Shown piece by piece: positions 14,844 to 22,944 of a DNA stretch of 24,000 bases (position 1 is the stretch's first letter; every line of letters starts with the position of its first letter). The stretch is from assembly GCA_003104905.1 (NCBI GenBank), contig PQAS01000001.1:108230-132229 (forward strand). Direction: 5' to 3'. Under the pieces are notes generated by a model. It worked only from the letters and a program-made list of their open reading frames with translations. It made no database searches and was not told the origin of the DNA. This stretch comes from Candidatus Methanoperedenaceae archaeon. GTDB taxonomy: Archaea > Halobacteriota > Methanosarcinia > Methanosarcinales > Methanoperedenaceae. The translations under genes were made by a program, and so were the position numbers.

Positions 14844-15761
14844 TCATTCATAAATCCCGGAAAATAATTTAAGTATATTTTTTGCCAGGGATTGGCTTTT
14901 TTCAACGGATGTCATAATAGTATCGTACCGAACTGTTCTTATATCAAAATCCGATGCATTCATAGTATCCTTATCATCAATGACCATAACATCAAGAATA
15001 TCCCCATAAAACCTGGCAACTCCCTTTGATGAGACAGGATACCCGCGCGCGTTCATTAATTTCCCGGCAGGACCGCTTACCGGGGAATCCCCAATAATGG
15101 GACTGATGGCAATAACATTCTTGGTTTTCAAAATTTCCTTAATCCCTTTAAGCGCAAGGATCGGTCCGATGCTTGTTATGGGATTGCTGGGCCCGATTAT
15201 CACATTATCCTCATTTTTCAGGGTATTTATAACTTCCTTAGTAGGCGAAGCCTCATGGATACCTGAAATTTCAACTTCCTGGACATCAGGGGTTCCGCGC
15301 TCGCCTACCCAGAAATCCTGGAAATGCAAAACCCCATCGGGAGTTTTTATCATCGTATCTACTTTTTCATTGCACATTGGCAGTATCTTTGCTTTTATTC
15401 CAAGCGCTTCGGATAGCAGGAGCGTAGCCTCTGTTAATGATGCTCCTTTTCGCATAAACTCTTCACGGAAAATACACGCCGCACGGTCAGCATCTCCCAT
15501 CATGAGTTTTTCATTTATACCCATTTTCCTTAAAGCATTATTTGTATGAAATGTGTCATTCCTGATCCCCCACCATTTTGAAGTATCAAGAATTCCTGAA
15601 AAAAGATAAAGTATCGTATCAACATCGGGTGAAACCATGGTGCCTGACACTATTATGTCTTCTGCCGTGTTGACTATTACTGTGATATCTTCATCGGGAA
15701 TTATCCTGCGCAGACCCTGGATCAGCTTGGGCGTGCCTGTTCCGCCTGACAGCAGGATCAT
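14844..15761 (-). CDS. cofD: 2-phospho-L-lactate transferase (coenzyme F420 biosynthesis)
   Basis: It matches Methanosarcina mazei CofD, as I recall it, along its whole length: LSGGTGTPKL, VNTAEDIIVSG..SPDVDT.LYLF, KWWGI.NDTF, GPSNPITSIGPI, SPIIG..PVSGPAGKLM. Confidence 0.95.
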   Translation of the reverse strand: MILLSGGTGTPKLIQGLRRIIPDEDITVIVNTAEDIIVSGTMVSPDVDTILYLFSGILDTSKWWGIRNDTFHTNNALRKMGINEKLMMGDADRAACIFREEFMRKGASLTEATLLLSEALGIKAKILPMCNEKVDTMIKTPDGVLHFQDFWVGERGTPDVQEVEISGIHEASPTKEVINTLKNEDNVIIGPSNPITSIGPILALKGIKEILKTKNVIAISPIIGDSPVSGPAGKLMNARGYPVSSKGVARFYGDILDVMVIDDKDTMNASDFDIRTVRYDTIMTSVEKSQSLAKNILKLFSGIYE

Positions 15762-15762
15762 T

Positions 15763-16530
15763 TCAGACCCTCATCTTGCCGAACAATTTCCCGCCAAGAG
15801 ATATCATGGCAATAGAAAATATTACAAGGACCGCAATGCTCAACCATATAGAGATAGTAGATTTTCCAAGAAGGAAATATCGCAGGGCTTCAACCCCATA
15901 GGTAAGGGGATTTGCATAAACAAGTATCTTTAGCCAGCCAGGAAGGTTCGTGATCGGGAAAAAGGCCCCGCTCAATAGAACAAGAGGCATTGTGAGAAAA
16001 CTCATGACCATCTGGAATCCTTCGTGGCTTTCGATCTTTGATGCGATCGCTATCCCAAGACCAATAAAACCGATCCCTGAGATGAACATGACACAAATAC
16101 CTGCCAGGACTCCCCAGAAGGATACATATTGGACCCCTATAAGCCTGGCTATGATCATAATCAATATGCCCTGTATCATTGCTGTCGTAACGCCTCCGAT
16201 GGCTTTCCCAAGTGATACAAAAAAGCGGCTTACAGGCGCTATTAAAATTTCCTTGAGGAATCCGAATTCCCTGTCCCAGATAATGGATACTCCTCCCATC
16301 AATGAAGCAAAAAGAACGGACATCCCGATAAGACCGGGAGCCAGATAGCTTTTATCAAATGTTCCGCCTCCTCTAACCTGGAATGCTGAACTGAAACCCG
16401 TCCCGAGTATTATAAGAAAAAAAAGAGGTGTTACAAGCGCCCCTATTATCCGTGATTTTGACCGCGAAAACCGTATCATTTCACGCAGCCACATAGTATA
16501 TACTGTCTGTGCCGCCCTTCCAGGGTTCAT
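15763..16530 (-). CDS. ABC-2 type transporter permease
   Basis: A 255-aa protein with six hydrophobic segments. The N-terminal YTMWLREMIRFSRSKSRIIGALVTPLFF is typical of ABC-2 (DrrB/NodJ-like) permeases. Its ATG overlaps the ATPase stop by 1 nt, and its TGA is 1 nt before the cofD ATG. Confidence 0.85.
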   Translation of the reverse strand: MNPGRAAQTVYTMWLREMIRFSRSKSRIIGALVTPLFFLIILGTGFSSAFQVRGGGTFDKSYLAPGLIGMSVLFASLMGGVSIIWDREFGFLKEILIAPVSRFFVSLGKAIGGVTTAMIQGILIMIIARLIGVQYVSFWGVLAGICVMFISGIGFIGLGIAIASKIESHEGFQMVMSFLTMPLVLLSGAFFPITNLPGWLKILVYANPLTYGVEALRYFLLGKSTISIWLSIAVLVIFSIAMISLGGKLFGKMRV

Positions 16531-17528
16531 TATTTCCTCCTTGATCTCATTTTATATCCCACCTCTTCCATGCCGCTTACTTCCTTATCCCTTATCGCCC
16601 TGCCCGTATAGTGGATGAAAACGTCATCCAGTGTTGGTTTCCTGAGGCTCACTGAAATTATGGGTATTCCCGCCTGTGAAGCAAGAGCAAGGATATGGGG
16701 GATCTGGCGCTCGCCATTATTGACCGTAATAAAAACTTCGTTTTGTTTCCCTTCAACTATATTGGCACATCCGTCTTTCTGATAAGAACTGCACAGCCTG
16801 CCCACATCCCCCGGGTCTTCAAGCCCGAGTGTAATTACATCCCCCCCGAGCATGTTCTTCAGGTCCTGCGGGGTGTCAAGCGCAACTATCTGTCCATAAT
16901 CGATTATTGCGATCCTGTCGCACAGCCTGTCCGCCTCTTCCATGTAATGTGTGGTAAGTAATATTGTTACGCCTTCTTCTTTGTTGAGTTTATGTATATA
17001 CTCCCATATATGGAGGCGCGTCTGCGGGTCAAGTCCCAGCGTGGGTTCATCAAGGAACAGGACTTTGGGGTGATGCATGAGCCCGCGTGCGATCTCAAGG
17101 CGCCTCATCATTCCGCCCGAGTAGGTTTTAACAATAAAATCCGCCCTTTCCGTAAGCTCTACAAGGGAGAGTACATCCTGCGTTCGTTTCTTCCTTGTCT
17201 TTCCATCAAGACCATAGAGCCTCCCATGCAGGTCAAGGTTCTCCCTGCCTGTAAGCCTGTCATCAAGAGTAGTATCCTGGAAAACCACCCCGATATTCTG
17301 CCGCACCAGGTCTGCTTCTTTTACTACATCGTGGCCCCAAACCAGGGCATTTCCCCCCGATGGTTCTACCATTGTTGAAAGCATGTTTATCAATGTAGTT
17401 TTCCCGGCGCCGTTTGGTCCAAGGAGCCCGAATAATTCCCCCGGTTTTACTGAGATGCTGATATTATTTACTGCAGTCACCTCTTCAAAACGCTTTGTTA
17501 TTCCTGATGTTTCAATGGCATAGAGCAT
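16530..17528 (-). CDS. ABC transporter ATP-binding protein (DrrA/NodI-like, with a C-terminal extension)
   Basis: Walker A GPNGAGKTT, signature YSGGMMRRLEIA, Walker B VLFLDEPTLGLD and H-loop LLTTHYMEEA are all present. A further ~100-aa C-terminal domain is typical of the ABC-2 partner ATPases. Confidence 0.95.
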   Translation of the reverse strand: MLYAIETSGITKRFEEVTAVNNISISVKPGELFGLLGPNGAGKTTLINMLSTMVEPSGGNALVWGHDVVKEADLVRQNIGVVFQDTTLDDRLTGRENLDLHGRLYGLDGKTRKKRTQDVLSLVELTERADFIVKTYSGGMMRRLEIARGLMHHPKVLFLDEPTLGLDPQTRLHIWEYIHKLNKEEGVTILLTTHYMEEADRLCDRIAIIDYGQIVALDTPQDLKNMLGGDVITLGLEDPGDVGRLCSSYQKDGCANIVEGKQNEVFITVNNGERQIPHILALASQAGIPIISVSLRKPTLDDVFIHYTGRAIRDKEVSGMEEVGYKMRSRRK

Positions 17529-17583
17529 AGCGTTATGATTAATTTGAATGATTATAGAATTTGCTATGTGAGCAGGAAGTACG

Positions 17584-19566
17584 TCACATCACCCTGCTCA
17601 ATAGGACTATTAAAGAAATCCCGAACAGAAGCACTACTACAGCTATTGCACTTTCAAGCCACGGAAACTGCTCGCTTATCAATTCGAGAATTCCTTTATC
17701 TGGCGGTCGATCAGGCACAATAACACGCACATCCGCAGGAATTGCAGGAGTATTAACCGGCACAACTGAAGGAGAAGGAGATAGAAACGGTATTGTGACC
17801 ACCGCAAGAGGTTCATACCACTCAAATCCGGTATTTTTTGAGGTTATTTCAGGATCACGGAATTCAATAGCGCCTTCATTTATCCGGAGAATGTAAACTA
17901 TTTTCTTTACTTCCCCTGGTCTTATGACCCCGGAAAAAGATCCTTTTTCCGAGAGTAAGGTTGTATTTGCAGGAACAATATCGGTAACTTTAATTTTTGT
18001 GGGAAAATTGCCATTATTGATTATCGACAGGGAAACCTGTAATATATCATCCGGACTCACAATACTTTTATTGAAGCTTCTTTGCATGACAATATACGGA
18101 CCTGAAACCTGTGTTCCCGGTGCATTTGATTCCAGACGGTTTTTCTCGCTCCCTTCGTTAAAGAGGATTTGTGCCCTGGGGAGGTAATATTTTCCTTCCT
18201 TTCTTGCTGTTAATAAATACTTGAATTCCTTAATTTCTTTTGCCTTAATATCAAAGTTCCAGGTCAATGATGTCTGGTTAGAGTCCTGCGTAAGCTTGAA
18301 TCCCGGCGGGAACGTATCAATAAGCTGTACACCATATAAAGGATAATTCTGGATGTTTTCCACAAGTATCGTTACATAAGTCATATTTTTAATTGTCCCG
18401 ATATTTCCCATGAGATAATCGTATTCAGGATATATTCTCTCACCAAGGATCGAATCTGAAACCGTCTTTTTAATGTTGAAAGTATCCGGCAGGGAAAAAG
18501 TTGCGGAATTGCCTGCACTGTATAAATTACCTGCCTCATCCCTGCCAAGTGCTTTAACACTTATCGTGAACTTTTTTCGTGAGGATTTTGGAATTGAAAA
18601 ACTGAGCTTGACAATTTCATCACTTTCTTTTGAAATAACAGGGAACCTTCGTTTCAGGCTATTTTTTTCCGGGAATTGAAGCATAAATTCAACGGAATTT
18701 TCTTTAATTTTCCTGCCGATTATTTTCAGGCTCTTATATTCATTTTCATCGGGGAAATCAAAAATTATGGGCTCATCTTCCGCAAGAGTCGCATATTTTG
18801 TGGATAAATTGTAGGATGCGCTCAAAAAGGCCCCGTTGTTTGAAAAATTCAATACTTTTATATAAAAACCGTTTTTAAAAGTATTTGGCAATATCGGCGT
18901 AAGCGTATATATACTGGAATTTATCCATTTCAATGAAGGAACATATACTGTTCCTTCACTAAATGCGCCGAAGTCGTATTCATTCAAAGGTAAAAGGTCA
19001 TCAAATGATATAATAAGTTCCGGATCAATAAAATCTGATTTTCCGGAATTTTCAATCCGGATGAAAGCTGTAATTTTTGAACCTGCCTTCTGTTCTCCTT
19101 CTGTAGTAATTGTAACTGCCAGGGATGGCTTGTTCAAATTCTCGGGAAACCTGGCAGTAATTTTTGCCCTTGGATCCGCAGGGTATGTTCCGATATTAAT
19201 AGGCCAATTCTTATTAGAAACTTCATCTGCTATTATCTCAATGCCTTCAAAAGTGGAATTAGTGGAAAAATCGAATACATACGATTCACCTTCCGATAAT
19301 ATTCCATCTTTAGTGATGCCATTTCTTGTAACCCTGAGGGAAACTGACCCTAACCAGTTAAAATCTTTTGCCTCTATCTGATATTCCCCGGATGTAACCG
19401 TGGGAGATGTCCAGTTCAGGGTTGTACTGATATAGCTTTCCCAGCATATTTTATTATCATTTACGAACTCGCATTCAAGAGCAAATGAAGGAATTGTTAA
19501 TAAACTTACTATTGCTATGACTTCAATTATATTGATTATTTTAACTATTATCATTATTATAATCAT
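17584..19566 (-). CDS. Large cell-surface protein with N-terminal signal/TM and C-terminal TM anchor (COG1361/CARDB/DUF11-like beta-sandwich repeats suspected)
   Basis: The N-terminus is hydrophobic (IEVIAIVSLLTIPSFA). Two segments have the surface-domain pattern ..DTFPPGFKLT...LTWNF.I.A.E.KEFKYLLTARKEGKYYLPRAQILF and IKVTDIVPANTTLL....G.IRPGEVKKIVYILR. A Pro-rich stalk (PSPSVVPVNTPAIPADVRVIVPDRPPD) follows, then the TM AIAVVVLLFGISLIVLL. The family call is tentative. Confidence 0.7.
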   Translation of the reverse strand: MIIIMIIVKIINIIEVIAIVSLLTIPSFALECEFVNDNKICWESYISTTLNWTSPTVTSGEYQIEAKDFNWLGSVSLRVTRNGITKDGILSEGESYVFDFSTNSTFEGIEIIADEVSNKNWPINIGTYPADPRAKITARFPENLNKPSLAVTITTEGEQKAGSKITAFIRIENSGKSDFIDPELIISFDDLLPLNEYDFGAFSEGTVYVPSLKWINSSIYTLTPILPNTFKNGFYIKVLNFSNNGAFLSASYNLSTKYATLAEDEPIIFDFPDENEYKSLKIIGRKIKENSVEFMLQFPEKNSLKRRFPVISKESDEIVKLSFSIPKSSRKKFTISVKALGRDEAGNLYSAGNSATFSLPDTFNIKKTVSDSILGERIYPEYDYLMGNIGTIKNMTYVTILVENIQNYPLYGVQLIDTFPPGFKLTQDSNQTSLTWNFDIKAKEIKEFKYLLTARKEGKYYLPRAQILFNEGSEKNRLESNAPGTQVSGPYIVMQRSFNKSIVSPDDILQVSLSIINNGNFPTKIKVTDIVPANTTLLSEKGSFSGVIRPGEVKKIVYILRINEGAIEFRDPEITSKNTGFEWYEPLAVVTIPFLSPSPSVVPVNTPAIPADVRVIVPDRPPDKGILELISEQFPWLESAIAVVVLLFGISLIVLLSRVM

Positions 19567-19596
19567 ATATTAGTATTCCCCGGATAAAAAAGCTTT

Positions 19597-19621
19597 CTGT
19601 TAAAGATAAATTCTTTAACAG
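19597..19621. promoter_or_regulatory. Perfect 10-bp inverted repeat (ctgttaaaga-taaat-tctttaacag) in the divergent promoter region; candidate operator overlapping a TATA-like element
   Basis: The arms at 19597-19606 and 19612-19621 are exact reverse complements. The centre, aaagataaatt, is TATA-like and lies about 30-35 nt upstream of the moeA ATG at 19642. A 10-bp palindrome atgaattcat follows directly at 19622-19631. Confidence 0.35.
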
Positions 19622-19641
19622 ATGAATTCATGATATAATAC

Positions 19642-21540
19642 ATGAGAAAAGAATTCAGGGAACTTGTTTCCAGGGATAAGGCAAACAGGATTATTGATTC
19701 CCTCGGCATCAAATCCCATACTGAGGAGGTTGATATTGAGAACGCCAGGGATCATGTTCTTGCGGCGGATGTTATTTCACAGGTAGATGTTCCTCCTTTT
19801 ACCAGGGCTTCGATGGATGGTTATGCCGTTCATGCTTCTGATACTTACAAAGCACAGGAGGACAGGCCGGTCAGGCTCAAACTTGCCGGTTCGATCCCGG
19901 CCGGAATTGACCCGGGGATATTCCTGGAAAGAGGACAGGCCGCCGAAATCGCAACAGGGGCGGTAATGCCGGAGGGGGCGGATTCCGTAGTAATGGTTGA
20001 ATATACTCATATTGACAAAGATATTTTTGTTCATCGTCCCGTCTCCATTAATGAAAATGTTATGCAAGCAGGCTCGGATATAATGGTCGGAGAGAGGGTT
20101 TTAAGAAAAGGGTCCTTTCTTGGGGCGCGGGAGATAGGCGTCCTGAGTGCTATCGGTAAATCAAGAATAAGCGTCCTGGGGCTTACGGTGGGCATAATCT
20201 CAACAGGAAATGAGATAAAAGAACCAGGCAGGCAGCTTGATGCGGGTGAAATCTATGATGTGAATTCGTTTTCTCTCTCATGCGGTGTCAGGGGGTGCGG
20301 GGGCACTCCAATCCGTTACGGAAATGTAAATGATAATGAGGCGCTGATCAAAAAAGCTTTGATGGAACTCTCAAAATGCGATCTCATTCTCACTTCCGGA
20401 AGCACTTCAGCCGGGTCGGGCGACATAATGTACAGGATTATAGAAGAGAATGGCACGGTCCTTGCACACGGGATTGATATAAAGCCGGGGAAACCTGCAA
20501 TTATCGGGCAGGTTTATGGCAAACCAATTTTTGGTCTTCCGGGATATCCGGCCTCATCTCTTACGATCTTCAATGAATTTGTGGCTCCATTGATCAGGAA
20601 AATGACCGGAAAAACAAGGGCAGACAATAAAACGCATGCAAAAACAGCGATAAGAATACGTTCCGATGGCAGAAGCCAGCTTCTACCCGTTGGTCTGGTA
20701 AGGGGCATGGCTTATCCCATCGAAAAGGGGTCGGGAGCCATAACAACTCTTTCCGAAGCAGATGGTTTTATTGAAATCCCATCATCAGTTGAGATGATAG
20801 AAGCAGGGGAAGATGTTGAAGTCACATTATACGGGGAGCTTAATCCGGTGGATTTGTTCTTCGTTGGCAGCCAGTGTCTCGGTCTTGATATGATTGCTGA
20901 CATGACAAACCTCAAAATGCGAATAATAAATGTGGGTTCATCAGGCGGATTAAGCGCTGTCAGGAATGGTATCGCTGATATTGCCGGAGTGCATCTCCTT
21001 GATGAATCCGGTGTGTATAATATACCGTTCCTTTCAAAGTTCGGGCTTCATGAAGCTGTTCTTGTAAAAGGATACCTGAGAGATCAGGGCTTGATTATAC
21101 CAAAAGACAGCGAAATAAAGGAATTTTCGGATCTGATCAATTCCAGGTTTATTAACCGGAATACGGGTTCGGGAACTAGAGTTATGACTGACCTGATGTT
21201 AAAGAAGATAGCAAATGAACGTGGAATATCTTTCGAAGAATTCGTCAATGGCATTAAGGGATATCATACAGAAGCAAAAACCCATAGTGCAGTCGCTGCT
21301 GCAGTAAAGATGGGGAAAGCGGATGTGGGAATAGGAATTCGCACAGTTGCAGAACTGAATGGATTAAAGTTCATTAAAATAGCAGATGAAGAATATGATT
21401 TTGTAATCCCTGAAAGACTCATGGAAAAAGATGAAATATTGAAATTCCTGGACGTGCTCATGTCAAAAGAATTCGGGGAAAATCTGCTTCCGGGGCTTCG
21501 GATATATGAAAGGACCGGAGAAGTCATACACTTCAAATAG
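19642..21540 (+). CDS. moeA: Molybdopterin molybdenumtransferase MoeA, long archaeal form with a C-terminal periplasmic-binding-protein-like domain
   Basis: The MoeA N-domain motif PPFTRASMDGYAV is present, as is the MoCF-biosynthesis domain (IISTGNEI..PG, LILTSGSTSAGSGD), IKPGKP, and a MoeA C-domain. A further ~220 aa follows (FFVGSQCLGLDMIAD...NRNTGSGTRVMTD...GIGIRTVA), typical of the PBP-like domain fused to archaeal MoeA. Confidence 0.9.
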   Translation: MRKEFRELVSRDKANRIIDSLGIKSHTEEVDIENARDHVLAADVISQVDVPPFTRASMDGYAVHASDTYKAQEDRPVRLKLAGSIPAGIDPGIFLERGQAAEIATGAVMPEGADSVVMVEYTHIDKDIFVHRPVSINENVMQAGSDIMVGERVLRKGSFLGAREIGVLSAIGKSRISVLGLTVGIISTGNEIKEPGRQLDAGEIYDVNSFSLSCGVRGCGGTPIRYGNVNDNEALIKKALMELSKCDLILTSGSTSAGSGDIMYRIIEENGTVLAHGIDIKPGKPAIIGQVYGKPIFGLPGYPASSLTIFNEFVAPLIRKMTGKTRADNKTHAKTAIRIRSDGRSQLLPVGLVRGMAYPIEKGSGAITTLSEADGFIEIPSSVEMIEAGEDVEVTLYGELNPVDLFFVGSQCLGLDMIADMTNLKMRIINVGSSGGLSAVRNGIADIAGVHLLDESGVYNIPFLSKFGLHEAVLVKGYLRDQGLIIPKDSEIKEFSDLINSRFINRNTGSGTRVMTDLMLKKIANERGISFEEFVNGIKGYHTEAKTHSAVAAAVKMGKADVGIGIRTVAELNGLKFIKIADEEYDFVIPERLMEKDEILKFLDVLMSKEFGENLLPGLRIYERTGEVIHFK

Positions 21541-21595
21541 GAGGAAACTTTATAAGTTTTAAAAGTCCAGATATGAATGGAGATATTAAATTACT

Positions 21596-22600
21596 ATGAG
21601 AAAAATTATTGTTTGTTTCATTATTGTCCTGCTTATGGTTTTTCCGGCATCTGCAGGAGATGTAAGCCTTAACAGATGGATATTAAACGTAAGTGTGAAT
21701 GATGATGGTCTTGTTGATGAACTGATACAGGTAGAGGTCGTAAATAGCGGTTCTTTGCCCCTTGATGGCATATCATTCACGGTGCCGGCATCGAGTATTG
21801 AAATAATATCTGATTTTGACCACACCTTCAGTACAAAAGGTCAGATAATAGAACAGCAAGTCGTTAACAATGGAATAAAACTGAATGTGAAATTCAATAC
21901 ATCCATAAAAACCGGTGAAACCTGGAATGGGCGTATAGCTTTCAAAGCAAAGGATATCGCCAAAAAGACGGACCGGGAATATACAATTGAGCTTCCGGTT
22001 GATATGCCCCAGGCAATAATATCCGGAAAAAATACGGATATCGTGATTTCACAGGATGCAGAAATAAGGGGTCAGGTGTTCCTTCCAAAAGGAATTGAAG
22101 TGATATCAGTAACACCCAAACCTTTCAGAATACTGTTCCAGAACAGTCATATGGTCCCAACATGGACATCACAAGATCTGCATGCAAAGGACGTGATTAA
22201 TCTTAAGGGTTCATTTTCAGATGTGTTAAATAAGATAGCTGATATTGATGGAAGATCAAAGGTATTATCCAAACGCCTTGTTGAAGCAAAAGCAAATGGT
22301 ATTGATGTTACTGATGCAGAAGAACATCTAAAGAGCGCTGAGGATTTCAATACAAACAATGCAAATTCAGCATTAGCTTCTTTCTGGAAAAAAGATGAGA
22401 CATCTGCCATGGAATCTATTGGAAATGCGCAAAATGAAATTAGTCTTGCGGAAAAGAGTTTTTCAGCCTCAGGAAAGATAGAAGCAACTGAGAAGGAGGC
22501 ACAGGAAACAGGAAATAACACAACTCCGGGATTCGGGGGTATAGCCCTTATCCTTGTGATCGGTATTTCTTTCATGGTAAGAAAGAACTTCCGACCATAG
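21596..22600 (+). CDS. Secreted PGF-CTERM-anchored protein (predicted archaeosortase A substrate), beta-rich N-domain plus helical region
   Basis: The signal peptide is MRKIIVCFIIVLLMVFPASAGD. The C-terminal tripartite sorting signal is TTPGFGGIALILVIGISFMVRKNFRP, with PGF encoded at 22526-22534 followed by a TM helix and a basic tail. A Thr/Asn-rich linker precedes it. Confidence 0.75.
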   Translation: MRKIIVCFIIVLLMVFPASAGDVSLNRWILNVSVNDDGLVDELIQVEVVNSGSLPLDGISFTVPASSIEIISDFDHTFSTKGQIIEQQVVNNGIKLNVKFNTSIKTGETWNGRIAFKAKDIAKKTDREYTIELPVDMPQAIISGKNTDIVISQDAEIRGQVFLPKGIEVISVTPKPFRILFQNSHMVPTWTSQDLHAKDVINLKGSFSDVLNKIADIDGRSKVLSKRLVEAKANGIDVTDAEEHLKSAEDFNTNNANSALASFWKKDETSAMESIGNAQNEISLAEKSFSASGKIEATEKEAQETGNNTTPGFGGIALILVIGISFMVRKNFRP

Positions 22601-22601
22601 A

Positions 22602-22635
22602 TTTTTTTTTCTTTAGAGTCCGGATATTTTTTTTT
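22602..22635 (+). terminator. Two oligo-T tracts (archaeal-type termination signals)
   Basis: A T9 run at 22602-22610 starts 2 nt after the stop codon, and a second T9 run lies at 22627-22635. Confidence 0.55.
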
Positions 22636-22730
22636 CAGTAATGTTTAAATACTTTCCTATGATGATGAGGTAGTAATGAAAAGTATGCCGTATATGTTGT
22701 GGTAATGCTTTTTCTTCAAGGAGAAATAAA

Positions 22731-22937
22731 ATGGCAAAAATAATGCACGCACAAACAGTTCTTACAGAAGAAGATATCGAAGCCCTTAAGCAAAAAACGG
22801 GCGAAACAAGCACAAAGGATGCAATCGCAAAAGCAGTTTCTCATTACCTTGAGTGCGAGTATACAAAAGTGGAAGATATGTGGGCGAAGAAACTGGAGAA
22901 AGTCGTTAAAAGAAAACAGAAGGAAGAAGAAGATTAA
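22731..22937 (+). CDS. Small ribbon-helix-helix (CopG/antitoxin-like) protein with a charged C-terminal tail
   Basis: AAGGAG lies 7 nt upstream of the ATG, and a TATA-like gtttaaatac lies upstream of that. The N-terminal pattern QTVLTEEDIEALKQKTGETSTKDAIAKAVSHYLE reads as strand, helix, helix. The C-terminal tail is KRKQKEEED. No partner toxin gene is present. Confidence 0.5.
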   Translation: MAKIMHAQTVLTEEDIEALKQKTGETSTKDAIAKAVSHYLECEYTKVEDMWAKKLEKVVKRKQKEEED

Positions 22938-22944
22938 TTCCTGG

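Noticed and set aside
15763-17528. The ABC ATPase and permease considered as CcmA/CcmB, which would complete the nearby Ccm system
   Set aside because: The ATPase is 332 aa with the C-terminal extension of DrrA/NodI-type proteins. The permease has the ABC-2 (DrrB/NodJ) N-terminal pattern rather than CcmB features. The two genes are separated from ccmF by unrelated genes and are coupled to cofD instead.
21573-21599. An 8-codon uORF (MNGDIKLL) whose TGA overlaps the ATG of the PGF-CTERM gene in an ATGA arrangement
   Set aside because: The best TATA-like element (ctttataag at ~21548-21556) predicts a TSS at or downstream of the uORF ATG, so the uORF is probably not transcribed. There is no SD, and the arrangement is easily produced by chance in AT-rich DNA.
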